IMG/VR virus record: IMGVR_UViG_2061766007_000494
Strand: one strand, 5' to 3'
Length of the DNA: 64,000 nucleotides
From: an uncultured virus (IMG/VR IMGVR_UViG_2061766007_000494)
Lineage: Duplodnaviria; Heunggongvirae; Uroviricota; Caudoviricetes
Under the pieces are notes generated by a model. It had not been told where the DNA came from. It saw only the letters and a list, made by a program, of their open reading frames with translations, and did no database searches. This document shows, piece by piece, positions 42,369-52,451 of this stretch. The first letter of the stretch is position 1, and each line of letters starts with the position of its first letter. The position numbers and the translations under genes are program-made.

Positions 42369-42978
42369 ACTGGAATTCGATGAAGAAAGCCACACCTACG
42401 CTGTAAACGGGGTGGAGGTTCCGAGTGTGACCCAGCTCCTTCACCTCCTTCCCGGCAACGACTACGCAAACGTCCCTGACTATGTGCTCGCTAACGCGGC
42501 AAGGCGCGGGACTGCCGTACACGAAGCCATTGAATACCTCATGCAGTTCGGGATAGAGGAGTACGACGAAGAGCTTGCTCCCTACGTAAGCGCATTCAAG
42601 GACTTCTGGAACGGTCTTGGGGCGACACCTATTGGGAACGAGGTTCCCATATACTACGACGATACAGACACCGAGGAAGCCAAGGAACTGTACGGTACGG
42701 GCTATGCTGGTACTCTGGATATGCTGGCGGGTGTTGAAGACCAGATAGTGCTTCTGGACTTCAAATGCACCTCCAAAGTGTTCAAGAAAAAGTACGCCAT
42801 TCAGCTCGAAGCCTACTCTCAGGCACTCAGGAAATTCGGCATTGTGGTTGACCGCAAGATAGTGGTTCAGCTCAAGAAAGATGGCAAGTTCAAGGCATAC
42901 GAGTTCCCCGCGAAGGACGATTACAGTTGGGCTGTTTTCCGCTCTCTGAGGGCACTAAAAAACTACGAAAACAGTTGA
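42328..42978 (+). CDS. PD-(D/E)XK exonuclease (Cas4-like phage recombination nuclease)
   Basis: PSVTQLL, RGTAVH, AGTLD...DFK, QLEAY. Confidence 0.85.
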   Translation: MQIADKIQLPVLPELEFDEESHTYAVNGVEVPSVTQLLHLLPGNDYANVPDYVLANAARRGTAVHEAIEYLMQFGIEEYDEELAPYVSAFKDFWNGLGATPIGNEVPIYYDDTDTEEAKELYGTGYAGTLDMLAGVEDQIVLLDFKCTSKVFKKKYAIQLEAYSQALRKFGIVVDRKIVVQLKKDGKFKAYEFPAKDDYSWAVFRSLRALKNYENS

Positions 42979-43040
42979 CAAGACATTACCGAAAGTGCTA
43001 TAATGACCACAAATGGTAACATGTTTGGGAAGGAGAAAAA

Positions 43041-43796
43041 ATGAGAGAATTTGGGTTGCTCACGCCGGACGAAATTGAGGTTCGGCAGGCAAAGCAGGAC
43101 ACCTACGGGATTGACCTTCTCCTGTACAAGACTGCTCGCACTGACGCGAACATTCTGGACAGGGTGATTGGTTTCGGGTTCTGGCAGAACGACTTCAAGA
43201 AGATTGAGGGCGTTCTGTACGGCGGGATTGGCATTTACCGCAAAGACCTGAACGACTGGATTTGGAAGTGGGATGCCGGTTCCGAAAGCAATGTGGAAGC
43301 CGAAAAGGGTGAAGCGAGTGATGCCTTTAAGCGTGCTGGTTCCAAGTGGGGGATTGGACGTGAGCTTTACACTTCCCCGAAGATTCGGTTCGCCATTGAC
43401 GATGTGAAGCTTTCCAAGAACGGAAAGTGTTACGACAATTTCGTTGTGACCGAGATTGGCTACGACGAAGCTGAGTGCATTAGTCACTTGGCTGTGATGG
43501 ACGAAACCACCGGCAAGGCGTTCAAATGGGATGCCAAGGGCGGATACCGGCCTGGGAGCGTGCCCCCTTCCGAGAAGCCGAAGAAGGCTGAAAAGGCAGA
43601 GGGCGAAGGCGAACTGATTTCCAAGGAGGAAAGAAAACTGCTGTTCGACCTTGGTAAGCAGATTCACGGCGAAGGTGCGGGAGAAGTTGTCAAGGCGGTG
43701 TGTACCGCTCGCGGTATTGAGTCCTCTGCCAAGATTACAAAAGCTTTGTACCCGACCATTCTCAACGAGGTCAAGGAATACAAAAAGAGCGCCTGA
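43041..43796 (+). CDS. Rad52/Sak-like single-strand annealing protein
   Basis: LLYKTAR...EKGEASDAFKRAG.KWGIGRELY. Confidence 0.85.
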   Translation: MREFGLLTPDEIEVRQAKQDTYGIDLLLYKTARTDANILDRVIGFGFWQNDFKKIEGVLYGGIGIYRKDLNDWIWKWDAGSESNVEAEKGEASDAFKRAGSKWGIGRELYTSPKIRFAIDDVKLSKNGKCYDNFVVTEIGYDEAECISHLAVMDETTGKAFKWDAKGGYRPGSVPPSEKPKKAEKAEGEGELISKEERKLLFDLGKQIHGEGAGEVVKAVCTARGIESSAKITKALYPTILNEVKEYKKSA

Positions 43797-44179
43797 TTCC
43801 AGTTGGGCTACTCTGCCGGTTTTTCCGGGAGGGTAGCCCTTTTGCGCCCTTCAACATTACCAAAAGGTAACGACAAGCGGAAAGGGTGGGGGTGTGTACA
43901 GGTTTCTGAAGGATGAAAAGTTCAGGGCGTTAGCCCTGAATGGAAAAATCGTGTATGTGTTCCTGCGGGTTCTATCGAAGGACTTGCAGGCGGAGAATCC
44001 GAGCATCAGCGTCTACGAGTGGCCGATGCGGAGCTTTGTAAGCCTGAGCGGGATAGACGAGGATAGTATTCTTGAAATCCTGAACGAGCTGGCGGCGGAG
44101 GAACTGATAGAGCTTCCTGAGCAGGTGCCGGATAAAGTGCGATGGGTTATATCGCTGGAAGACGAGTGAGGGCGGAACT

Positions 44180-44494
44180 ATGAGGATGCACGAATTACAG
44201 CTTACGGAAGATTTTTTCCGAAACCGTCAGGTAAAGAAGCTGAGGTCTATCGCCGGTGGAGACACCTACACGATTATCTACCTCAAGCTCTTGATTCTCT
44301 CAATTCCAACCAGAGGGAGACTCTACTGCGACAGCGGAGGGAAAATCTCTGTGCAGATAGCAAATGATATCGACGAATCGGTAGAGAACGTGAAGACAAC
44401 GCTTCGACTGTTGGAATCAAGACGGCTTTTGGTGTGGAACACAGACACGGAACTAGAAATAACGCTGCCCGGAACGGAGAGAGTTGGGGGTTAG
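44180..44494 (+). CDS. Phage replisome organiser N-terminal domain protein
   Basis: LTEDFF...VKKLRSIAGGDTYTIIYLKL. Confidence 0.8.
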   Translation: MRMHELQLTEDFFRNRQVKKLRSIAGGDTYTIIYLKLLILSIPTRGRLYCDSGGKISVQIANDIDESVENVKTTLRLLESRRLLVWNTDTELEITLPGTERVGG

Positions 44495-44497
44495 ACC

Positions 44498-45289
44498 ATG
44501 AACATGACCAAGATAAATGTTCCAAGACACAGCAACTTTACAATTATGAGCAACCATCACCTTCAGGAACGGGGGCTATCCCTGAAGGCCAAGGGTCTTA
44601 TGAGTCAGATACTTTCTCTCCCTCCTGAGTGGGATATGACTATCGCTGGGTTGGTTCAAATCAACCAGGAGAAAGAGTGTGCTATTACCGCTGCGCTCAA
44701 AGAACTGAAGGACTTCGGATATATCACGGTAGACAAACGATACCCCGGAGAAACGGAATCCGGCAGAATTGAGTACGAATATACCGTCCATGAAATCCCG
44801 GACGTTGTGAAGGTACAGGAAAAACAAGAGGTAGAAATTCAAGGGGTAGAAAAACAAGGGGTAGATTTTCTAGGGGTAGAAATTCAAGGGGTAGAAATTC
44901 AAGACCTAGAAAATCAAGGGCAATTAAATACTTATAATAAAGAACTAAGTATAAAGGACAAAGAATTAAGGACTAAAGATAAAGATAAGGGGAAAAACCC
45001 GGATGCCGCAAAAAAATCTATGCCTGGGGCGAAGCGGTTTATTCCGCCGACGCTTGAAGAAGTCGAGGAATACTGCAAGAAACGGAACAGCCCTGTTGAC
45101 CCCAAGCAGTTCTATGAGTATTTCACCGTTGGAAAATGGATTGATAGCAAAGGAGAGCCGGTTAAGAACTGGAAACAAAAGCTTCTTACGTGGGAGCAGT
45201 ACAGAAATGGCGGTGCTAGAGGCGCAACTCCTAATAAACGGTTCGAGTGCAAACACGAAGACGGCGAAGAAGACATCAGACCGTGGTAA
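44498..45289 (+). CDS. Phage replication initiator
   Basis: NFTIMSN...LSLKAKGL HTH; C-terminal FIPPTLEEV...VKNWKQKLLTWE. Confidence 0.85.
   Translation: MNMTKINVPRHSNFTIMSNHHLQERGLSLKAKGLMSQILSLPPEWDMTIAGLVQINQEKECAITAALKELKDFGYITVDKRYPGETESGRIEYEYTVHEIPDVVKVQEKQEVEIQGVEKQGVDFLGVEIQGVEIQDLENQGQLNTYNKELSIKDKELRTKDKDKGKNPDAAKKSMPGAKRFIPPTLEEVEEYCKKRNSPVDPKQFYEYFTVGKWIDSKGEPVKNWKQKLLTWEQYRNGGARGATPNKRFECKHEDGEEDIRPW
44830..44919 (+). repeat. Six 15-bp iterons (GGTAGAAATTCAAGG) inside the initiator gene; probable origin
   Basis: Tandem repeats followed by an A-rich tract. Confidence 0.75.
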
Positions 45290-45310
45290 CGGCTTATTGG
45301 AGGAATAAGG

Positions 45311-46165
45311 ATGCGCAGCGTTGACGAAGTATTAAAGACAGTTATAGGCGATATCGCCACTCCTGCTGACGAAAAGAGAGGGGACTGGCGTGACGAAAAC
45401 GGACTTTTGGTTTGCGGAGTATGTGGTGAGCAGAAGGAGTGCTTTATCGACATTCTCGGTAAACCGACCGTTGTACCTGTTATGTGCAAGTGCAAGATTG
45501 AGGAGAGGGCGCGGCAGGAAGCGGCCAGGAAGCAACAGGAGCGCAGGGACGAAGCAATGCGGCTCATGGAAACGGCGGTTCAAGATAACAGCCTGAGACA
45601 CTGCCGGTTTGAGGATGCTGAGATGACCCCTCAGATTGAGACCTGTAAGCACTACGCAGAATATTTCGACGAGTTCAAGGAAATGAATCTCGGACTCATA
45701 TTCGTCGGGCCGGTAGGTGACGGTAAGACGTTCGCTGCGGCGTGTATCGCCAACGACCTGATAGATAGGGGCTATTCGGTTCTGATTACGTCAATGCCAA
45801 GAATTCTCCATGCCGACAGGGATGACTACGAAGAAGTAATGCGCCGAATTGGGAAGTACGACCTGGTGGTGATTGATGATTTCGGCACGGAGCGAACCAC
45901 GGGTTACGGGATGGAAACAGTTCAGTCCTTTCTCGATGAGCGGTACAAGAGCGGGAAACCGACCTTGATTACGACCAACCTCAGCAAGCAGGACTTGGAA
46001 AATCCGAAGACTACTGAGGACGAGCGGATACTGAGCCGAATCAAGGAAATGGGAAGAATCCTTGGTTTTCCAAAGGAAGACCGGAGGGTGAAAAAAAGCG
46101 AGGACAAGAAGAAGGCTGTGGATGAACTGTGGAAGAAGTTGAAGGAAGCCAATGGTGACGCTTAA
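45311..46165 (+). CDS. DnaC/IstB-like helicase loader ATPase
   Basis: GPVGDGKT, VVIDDFG, LITTN. Confidence 0.9.
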   Translation: MRSVDEVLKTVIGDIATPADEKRGDWRDENGLLVCGVCGEQKECFIDILGKPTVVPVMCKCKIEERARQEAARKQQERRDEAMRLMETAVQDNSLRHCRFEDAEMTPQIETCKHYAEYFDEFKEMNLGLIFVGPVGDGKTFAAACIANDLIDRGYSVLITSMPRILHADRDDYEEVMRRIGKYDLVVIDDFGTERTTGYGMETVQSFLDERYKSGKPTLITTNLSKQDLENPKTTEDERILSRIKEMGRILGFPKEDRRVKKSEDKKKAVDELWKKLKEANGDA

Positions 46166-46562
46166 CTACACGGTTCCTGTTGCCCCTGTTACGAAGAAGA
46201 ATTCACAGCAGATACTTACTAACCCCAAGAACGGGAGGCCGTTTATAGTGCCCTCTAAAGCCTACAAGGAGTACGAGGACAAGGCGGGGTGGTTCCTGAA
46301 GCCGAGGCCGGTAAAGCCGATAAGCGAGCCTGTGCAGGTGAAGTGTCTGTTCTATATGCCTACGCATCGGAGGGTGGACTTGAACAACCTCCTGTCTGCC
46401 GCTACCGACGTTTTGGTGAAACACAAAATCCTAGCGGATGATAACTGCGAGATTATCGTATCGCACGATGGGAGCCGGGTTCTGTACGACAAGGCGAATC
46501 CCAGGACTGAGATAGAGATTAGCCCCATGGAAACTGAAAATAAGCAGCTAACTATGCTGTGA
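46152..46562 (+). CDS. rusA: RusA-like Holliday junction resolvase
   Basis: RRVDLNNL...DVLV...ILADDN...PRTEIEI. Confidence 0.85.
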   Translation: MVTLNYTVPVAPVTKKNSQQILTNPKNGRPFIVPSKAYKEYEDKAGWFLKPRPVKPISEPVQVKCLFYMPTHRRVDLNNLLSAATDVLVKHKILADDNCEIIVSHDGSRVLYDKANPRTEIEISPMETENKQLTML

Positions 46563-46927
46563 GAATTTGGAGGAACGAAAATGTACAAGTTCAGTATCGA
46601 AGACGAGACCTTTGACGATGTGCGGGACGCTCTGGATGGGATGCTTCAGAACACCATCTCAACTATGATGGCGAAGAAGAACTCCGAGGGCAGCGTGACC
46701 CTGAAGCTGTCTATCACGCTTGACGGTGACAAAATCGTTGACCCGACCACCGGCGTTATCCGGGATGTCTATGTTCCGAAGTTCGCACATACCGTGTCCA
46801 ACGTGGTTCAGACGAAGAACTCTGTCGGCGGTCAGATTGACATGGAGCGGGAGCTGTACTTCGACTCCAAGACCGGCTGTTGGGCAATGAAGGATTTGGG
46901 CTACGAGCAGGTTGGGTTCGATGACTA

Positions 46928-47635
46928 ATGAAGCCTGCGAACGATACTATTGATGGCCGGATAGTAGATTACGACGAGAAAACCGGCGAGCTGATTATAC
47001 GGGCGAAGTACGAGGACATCGGTATCCTGACGAAGCGTCAGTACGACAAGTGCAGCATCCGCCTGATAGACAAGCGGAAGTTATCCTGCAAGCAGCGGAA
47101 TACCTGCTATATGCTCCTCCGGGAAATCTCCAACTACTCCGGCATGAGCGAAGACCGAACGAAGCAGATAATGAAAATCAAGTTCACGACCGAGATATTC
47201 CAGGACGAGGCCGAGGAGCTGTTTTCGCTGGCGGACGCACCTATGAGCCTTGTGTGCGAGTTCGAGCGGTTCCTGGTAAGGTTCATTCTCGATTGGGACA
47301 TTCCGTGTTCGTTCCGACTGTACGACTTTGTGGACGATGTATCGGACTACCTGTACGCCTGCCTGATGGCGAAGAAGTGCTGCATCTGTGGTCATCACGC
47401 CGACCTCCATCACCAAGACCGGATAGGTATGGGGGGAAACCGCGAGGAAGTCATTCACATAGGTATGGAAGCTGTCCCGCTCTGTAGAGAACACCACCAA
47501 GAAGCGCATCAAATCGGGGAAGCAGAGTGGAAGGAAAAGTACCACATTGAGAAGGGAATCATTATCGACAACGCGATAGCCAAGCTCTATCGCCTGAATA
47601 CAAAGCAAAAGAAAGAAGGAAAAGTTTATGCTTAA
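46928..47635 (+). CDS. Putative HNHc nuclease (DUF968-like)
   Basis: CCICG..ADLHH...PLCREHHQEAH. Confidence 0.8.
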   Translation: MKPANDTIDGRIVDYDEKTGELIIRAKYEDIGILTKRQYDKCSIRLIDKRKLSCKQRNTCYMLLREISNYSGMSEDRTKQIMKIKFTTEIFQDEAEELFSLADAPMSLVCEFERFLVRFILDWDIPCSFRLYDFVDDVSDYLYACLMAKKCCICGHHADLHHQDRIGMGGNREEVIHIGMEAVPLCREHHQEAHQIGEAEWKEKYHIEKGIIIDNAIAKLYRLNTKQKKEGKVYA

Positions 47636-48044
47636 TCTGAACCAAGTGACCCTCTGTGGGCGGCTCGTGCGCGACCCGGATATGCGTGCTACCCAAAGCG
47701 GCGTGTCCGTCACCAGCTTTACTATTGCGGTAGAGCGAGACTTCAGTAAAGGCGATAACAAGGAGGCCGATTTCATCTCCTGCATTGCGTGGCGTAATAC
47801 CGCCGAGTTCATCGCCAAGCACTTCACCAAGGGAAGCGCGATTTGTGTGACCGGCTCCATCCGTACCAGCAACTACACCGACAAGGACGGAAAGAAAGTC
47901 TACAAAACCGACGTGGAATGCCGGGAAGCCAAGTTCGTTGAACCCAAGAACAGCGGTGGGAACAAGGGCGGATACGAAAGCCGCAAGCCCAGCGCACCAC
48001 AGTTCGAGGAAGTAGACGAGGATGATGAATCGTTGCCGTTCTAA
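47628..48044 (+). CDS. ssb: Single-stranded DNA-binding protein
   Basis: LCGRLVRDP...ADFISCIAW; acidic LPF tail. Confidence 0.95.
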   Translation: MLNLNQVTLCGRLVRDPDMRATQSGVSVTSFTIAVERDFSKGDNKEADFISCIAWRNTAEFIAKHFTKGSAICVTGSIRTSNYTDKDGKKVYKTDVECREAKFVEPKNSGGNKGGYESRKPSAPQFEEVDEDDESLPF

Positions 48045-48090
48045 GGATAAAAAATGGGGGAGGTCAATCCTCCCCCAAGAGGGGTGAAAG

Positions 48091-48624
48091 ATGGAATCTA
48101 TCGGAACAATCATCGTAAGGGATTGGCTGCAAAAGTACCGTGGAACCATGCTGGATATAGCTACCCAGCGAGAGCAGCTTGTCAGGCTGACGAATCGGTT
48201 GGAGCAGGTATCCTCACCGCAGATTACAGATATGCCGAGGAACCCTAGCCCAGCCTCCGACCGAATGAGCGACGCTATCGCAAGGAAAGACCAACTGGCA
48301 TCTCGAATTGGTGAGCAGCTTGACTTCATCAAAGTGACCAGAGAATTGATTGAATCCATGCTGTACAACTGTACTCCCAAAGCACGGGCTATCATTCGGC
48401 TGCGCGACATGGAGTGTATGGAGTGGTCAGAGGTGATAAAGTTCATCTACAAAGACGAGCAGATGGACGATAAGGCATACAATAACGCTTACCATGCCTT
48501 GATTAGATGCAGACGCAGAGGTATCGAAAAACTCGCAGCCTTCATGGAAAGGACAGACGGCGTGACCTTCCCGACCCTTGCAGACGTAACCAAGAATAAT
48601 TTAAGGAAATTTTTGAAGAAATAA
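48091..48624 (+). CDS. ArpU/RinA-like late transcription regulator
   Basis: Position before the packaging genes; ARAIIRLR..ECMEWSEV HTH-like C-terminus. Confidence 0.6.
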   Translation: MESIGTIIVRDWLQKYRGTMLDIATQREQLVRLTNRLEQVSSPQITDMPRNPSPASDRMSDAIARKDQLASRIGEQLDFIKVTRELIESMLYNCTPKARAIIRLRDMECMEWSEVIKFIYKDEQMDDKAYNNAYHALIRCRRRGIEKLAAFMERTDGVTFPTLADVTKNNLRKFLKK

Positions 48625-49566
48625 AGAAAACACTTGACAAATCATTACCGATGTGATAATATTAAGCCATCCTAAAGGAAATTTGAAGGAGGGCTTACCC
48701 ATGAAGTTCGTACCGTATGAGAAGATGAGCAAGAAGGTTCAGAAGGAATACAACGCACAGAAGCGTGGGACGTGGCAGTTCAACCCTGTGACCCGCGTGG
48801 TCAAGAACGGCAAGGCTTACAGCCGCAAGAACAAGTGGGGTGAGCAGTATGCGTGAACTGAGCGACGAGAAGAAGGATAAGATTCGGTTCCTCTGCGGGA
48901 TGGGCTTCAACCACTGGCAGAAGGGAAATATGAATCGCCTGTACATCAACGCTGAGGACTTGGGGCTTGAAATTGAACGGCTCGCTCCCGGTGTGGTGGA
49001 GGCAACCTTCTGTGGAGAGGAAATCCCCTACAGGGAAGCGCAGGAACTTAGAAACGCTAAGACCTTCATTTCTCTGCCTGATGGAAAAGCGTACAGCGAC
49101 GATATAAGACTTCAGGAGCTGGCGCAGGAAAAGTTCGACAAAGTGTGGCTTCGATAAGGAGGGCTTCATATGGGATGGATTTCGGTAATGGGATGGTTCT
49201 TCGGTATTCTCGCGGTGTGTGCGTTCGTTTCGGACGAGGTTCTTCCGAGAATTGAAAAGGCGATTAGGGGGGCGAAGAAATCTCGCCTCCCTTAACTTTT
49301 GCCAAAATGTCCGCAAAAATATGGCAACAGTACTTGACGGGCACCTGTCTCATGGTTATTCTGTAAAATAAGGAACAGTAGCAGAAGCCGCTTAGGCGGC
49401 TTCTTTCGTTTTCTATCGGAAAAACGCTCCGTAAAAAGATTCTTTGAAATTTTCAAAAAAACTTTTTACAAAACGCTTGACAAGTGGTAATTTGTGTGGT
49501 AATATGGCACCGTAAGCACGAGAGATACGGACGGTGTGGAAAGCCCACACAAGAAAGGAGCGCAAA

Positions 49567-50490
49567 ATGTCTGCTGCTGTTGAAACCATGATGTATACCC
49601 GCGAAAAGCCCTGGCACGGTCTCGGAACGATGGTTGAGGAAGCGCCGAACAGTGCTGATGCGCTGCGGCTGGCTGGCCTTGACTGGACGGTGGAGCAGAA
49701 GCCGGTGTTCATGGAAGGCTCTGACATTGCCATTCCGAATTACAAGGCGAATGTGCGGAGCAGTGACCAGAAGGTTCTCGGTGTGGTGACTGACCGTTAC
49801 CGCGTGGTGCAGAATGCGGATGCGTTCGCCTTCACCGACGAGCTGGTTGGCGGGGATGTGCGGTACGAGACTGCGGGTTCCCTGCTGGGCGGGAGGAAGA
49901 TTTGGCTGCTTGCCAAGATGCCGACTGTGAAGGTGCTGGGCGACGATACGGAGCCTTACCTGTGCTTCTCCAACACGCATGACGGTTCCGGTGCGGTGAA
50001 GGTGTGCATGACCCCGGTTCGTGTGGTGTGCAACAACACTCTGAACTGCGCTCTGTCCGGTGCGAAGCGGTACTGGAGCGTTAAGCACGTGGGAAGGCTT
50101 TCTGAGAAGATTGCCGAGGCTCACGAGGCTCTGGAACTGGCCGACCAGTACATGAGGGAGCTGGACAAGTTCGCTGACAAGATGGCGAACAAGACCGTGA
50201 AGGACGAGGAGATTCGGAAGATTCTTGACGAGCTGTTCCCGGTGGACGAAAAGGACAGCCAGATTGTGCGTGACCATGCCGAGCGGATGAAGACCGAGTA
50301 CATGACCTGCCTGTTCATGCCGGACATTAAGAAATTCCGGGGGACTGCGTGGGGTGCCATTAACGCGATGGCGGACATGGTGGGGCACACGGCTCCCAAC
50401 CGGCAGACCAAGAATTACCAGGAGAACAACTGGGGGCGCATTATGAACGGGCACGTTCTGATGGACGCGATGGTGGCTGCTCTGGCGTAA
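49567..50490 (+). CDS. DUF932 family protein
   Basis: REKPWHGLG, YRVVQN, ETAGSL, NTHDGSG, RVVCNNT; has its own promoter and terminator. Confidence 0.9.
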   Translation: MSAAVETMMYTREKPWHGLGTMVEEAPNSADALRLAGLDWTVEQKPVFMEGSDIAIPNYKANVRSSDQKVLGVVTDRYRVVQNADAFAFTDELVGGDVRYETAGSLLGGRKIWLLAKMPTVKVLGDDTEPYLCFSNTHDGSGAVKVCMTPVRVVCNNTLNCALSGAKRYWSVKHVGRLSEKIAEAHEALELADQYMRELDKFADKMANKTVKDEEIRKILDELFPVDEKDSQIVRDHAERMKTEYMTCLFMPDIKKFRGTAWGAINAMADMVGHTAPNRQTKNYQENNWGRIMNGHVLMDAMVAALA

Positions 50491-50551
50491 AACCAAACAG
50501 ATACAGCCCTCCGGGAAACCGGGGGGCTTTTCTTATTGAAGGGGTGAGGAT

Positions 50552-51040
50552 ATGGAACGGGCCGCGTGGGAACGGCTGGTTGACGAAGGGGAGAACACAG
50601 TACAGTATCGTTACTTCAGCGAGTACCGTGACACGTCCCCTGAGAACAGGTCAATCGTCGCTCTGTGCGATAAGTTTGGCGTTGATGAAGAAACGATGAG
50701 TTCGTACCGATGGAAGTTCCATTGGGACAAGCGGGTTGAGAAGTTCGATGATTTCGTTGACAAGGAAGCGAGGAGAAAGGGGCTTATCAAGGCTGAGAAG
50801 ATTCGGCTTGCGAGCCTGTCGCTTTCCGAGAGGATGCTGGAGCTTGCTGAACAGAAGATGTCTTCAATGAAATTCAACGAGCTTACCGCAAAGGAGACCC
50901 GCGAATACATCAAGGCGGCGGTGGCGCTGGCCGAGGTGTTCAAGGATGACAATTCCAAGCAGCGGGATTATCTGGATTCCGAGGATACGAGCGCCGAGGT
51001 TGTTATCTACCTTCCTGAGATTGACGGGGAGGTGGGGTAA
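50552..51040 (+). CDS. terS: Terminase small subunit
   Basis: Directly upstream of terL; C-terminal VVIYLPE. Confidence 0.6.
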   Translation: MERAAWERLVDEGENTVQYRYFSEYRDTSPENRSIVALCDKFGVDEETMSSYRWKFHWDKRVEKFDDFVDKEARRKGLIKAEKIRLASLSLSERMLELAEQKMSSMKFNELTAKETREYIKAAVALAEVFKDDNSKQRDYLDSEDTSAEVVIYLPEIDGEVG

Positions 51041-52441
51041 ATGGCAGTCGTTCTAAAGCCTCAGCCGGGGCCGCAGGAGCGATTCCTTTAGTTCGCTTCA
51101 AATGCTGATATCGCTATATACGGCGGAGCAGCCGGTGGTGGAAAATCTTGGAGTTTGCTATTCACTCCGCTGAGATACATCAAGACTCAGGGGTTCGGGG
51201 CTACGATATTCCGAAAGAACTACAATCAGATATTCGCCCAAGGCGGACTTTGGGATGAATCTGTGGGTATGTATGGCAGCATACCATACACCTATTCCAG
51301 CCAATCAAGAGGTCTTTGGATTTTCAAAGACAAGAACGGTGTTCCGGTATCAAAGATAACCTTTGCCCACATTGAGCGTGACGAAGACCTTTCCTCATGG
51401 CAAGGCTCGCAGCTTGCGATGATAGGATTTGACGAGCTGTGCCATTTTACCAAGAAGATATTCTTCTATATGCTGTCCCGTAACCGTTCAACCTGTGGCG
51501 TAAAGCCGTTCGTGAGGGCTACCTGCAACCCAGATGCTGACTCTTGGGTATCCGAGTTCATCGAATGGTGGATAGACCAGGATACGGGCTATCCGATACC
51601 TGAGCGGAGCGGGAAAATCCGGTGGTTTATCCAACGGGACGATGTAATCTACTGGGCGGACAACAAGGAAGACCTGTGGAGCGATTTTGAGCTTATCACA
51701 GAAGAAGAACGGGCGGAACCGAAATCGGTGACGTTCATTGCATCTTCTGTCTACGATAACAAGGTACTTCTGCAAACTAACCCTTCCTACCTGGCTAACC
51801 TGAAAGCCCTTCCTACTATCGACCGGGAGCGGCTGCTGATGGGCAACTGGAAGATTAAGGCGAAGGCGGGACTATACTTCAAACGCGAGCAGGTTGAAGT
51901 AATCAACGAAGTCCCGAACGATATTACTTGGGTGTGCAGGGCGTGGGACATCGCGGCTACCGGAGAGAAGGGAACTGGCGACCCCGACTACACCGCAGGC
52001 GTGTTGATGGGACTTAGGAAAAACAAGACCGTGGTAGTCCTTGACGTTATCAACAGGCGTGTGAAGGCCGGTGACGTGGAGAAGCTGGTTAAGAACACGG
52101 CTGATTCGGATAAAGCAAAATACGGCTCTAGGTACAGAATCAGAATTCCGCAAGACCCCGGAAGCAGCGGAAAGATTCTGGCCGGTAATTTCGTTAAGAT
52201 GCTGGCTGGCTATGCGGTGAGGGCATTGCCTGTGACGGGAAGTAAAGAAGTACGGGCGACACCTTACGCTGCGTATTGGCAGCACGGAAATGTACAGGTA
52301 CTACGCGGAGAATGGAACGAGGCGTATTTCTCGCAACTGGAATCGTTCCCAAGCGGGAAGCACGATGACATGGTGGATAGTAGTTCCGATGCGTACAATG
52401 AGCTGACATCACCGAAGTTCGACCTATCCAGTATGATATGA
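51041..52441 (+). CDS. terL: Terminase large subunit with an in-frame TAG at codon 17 (51089..51091)
   Basis: PQPGPQERFL*FASNADIAIYGGAAGGGKS; GFDEL, RATCNP, RAWDIA and HDDMVD. Confidence 0.9.
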
Positions 52442-52451
52442 GGGATTAAGA

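Noticed and set aside
42328..42978. CRISPR-associated Cas4
   Set aside because: It lies beside a Sak-like annealase in the replication module with no array; an ordinary recombination exonuclease is more likely.
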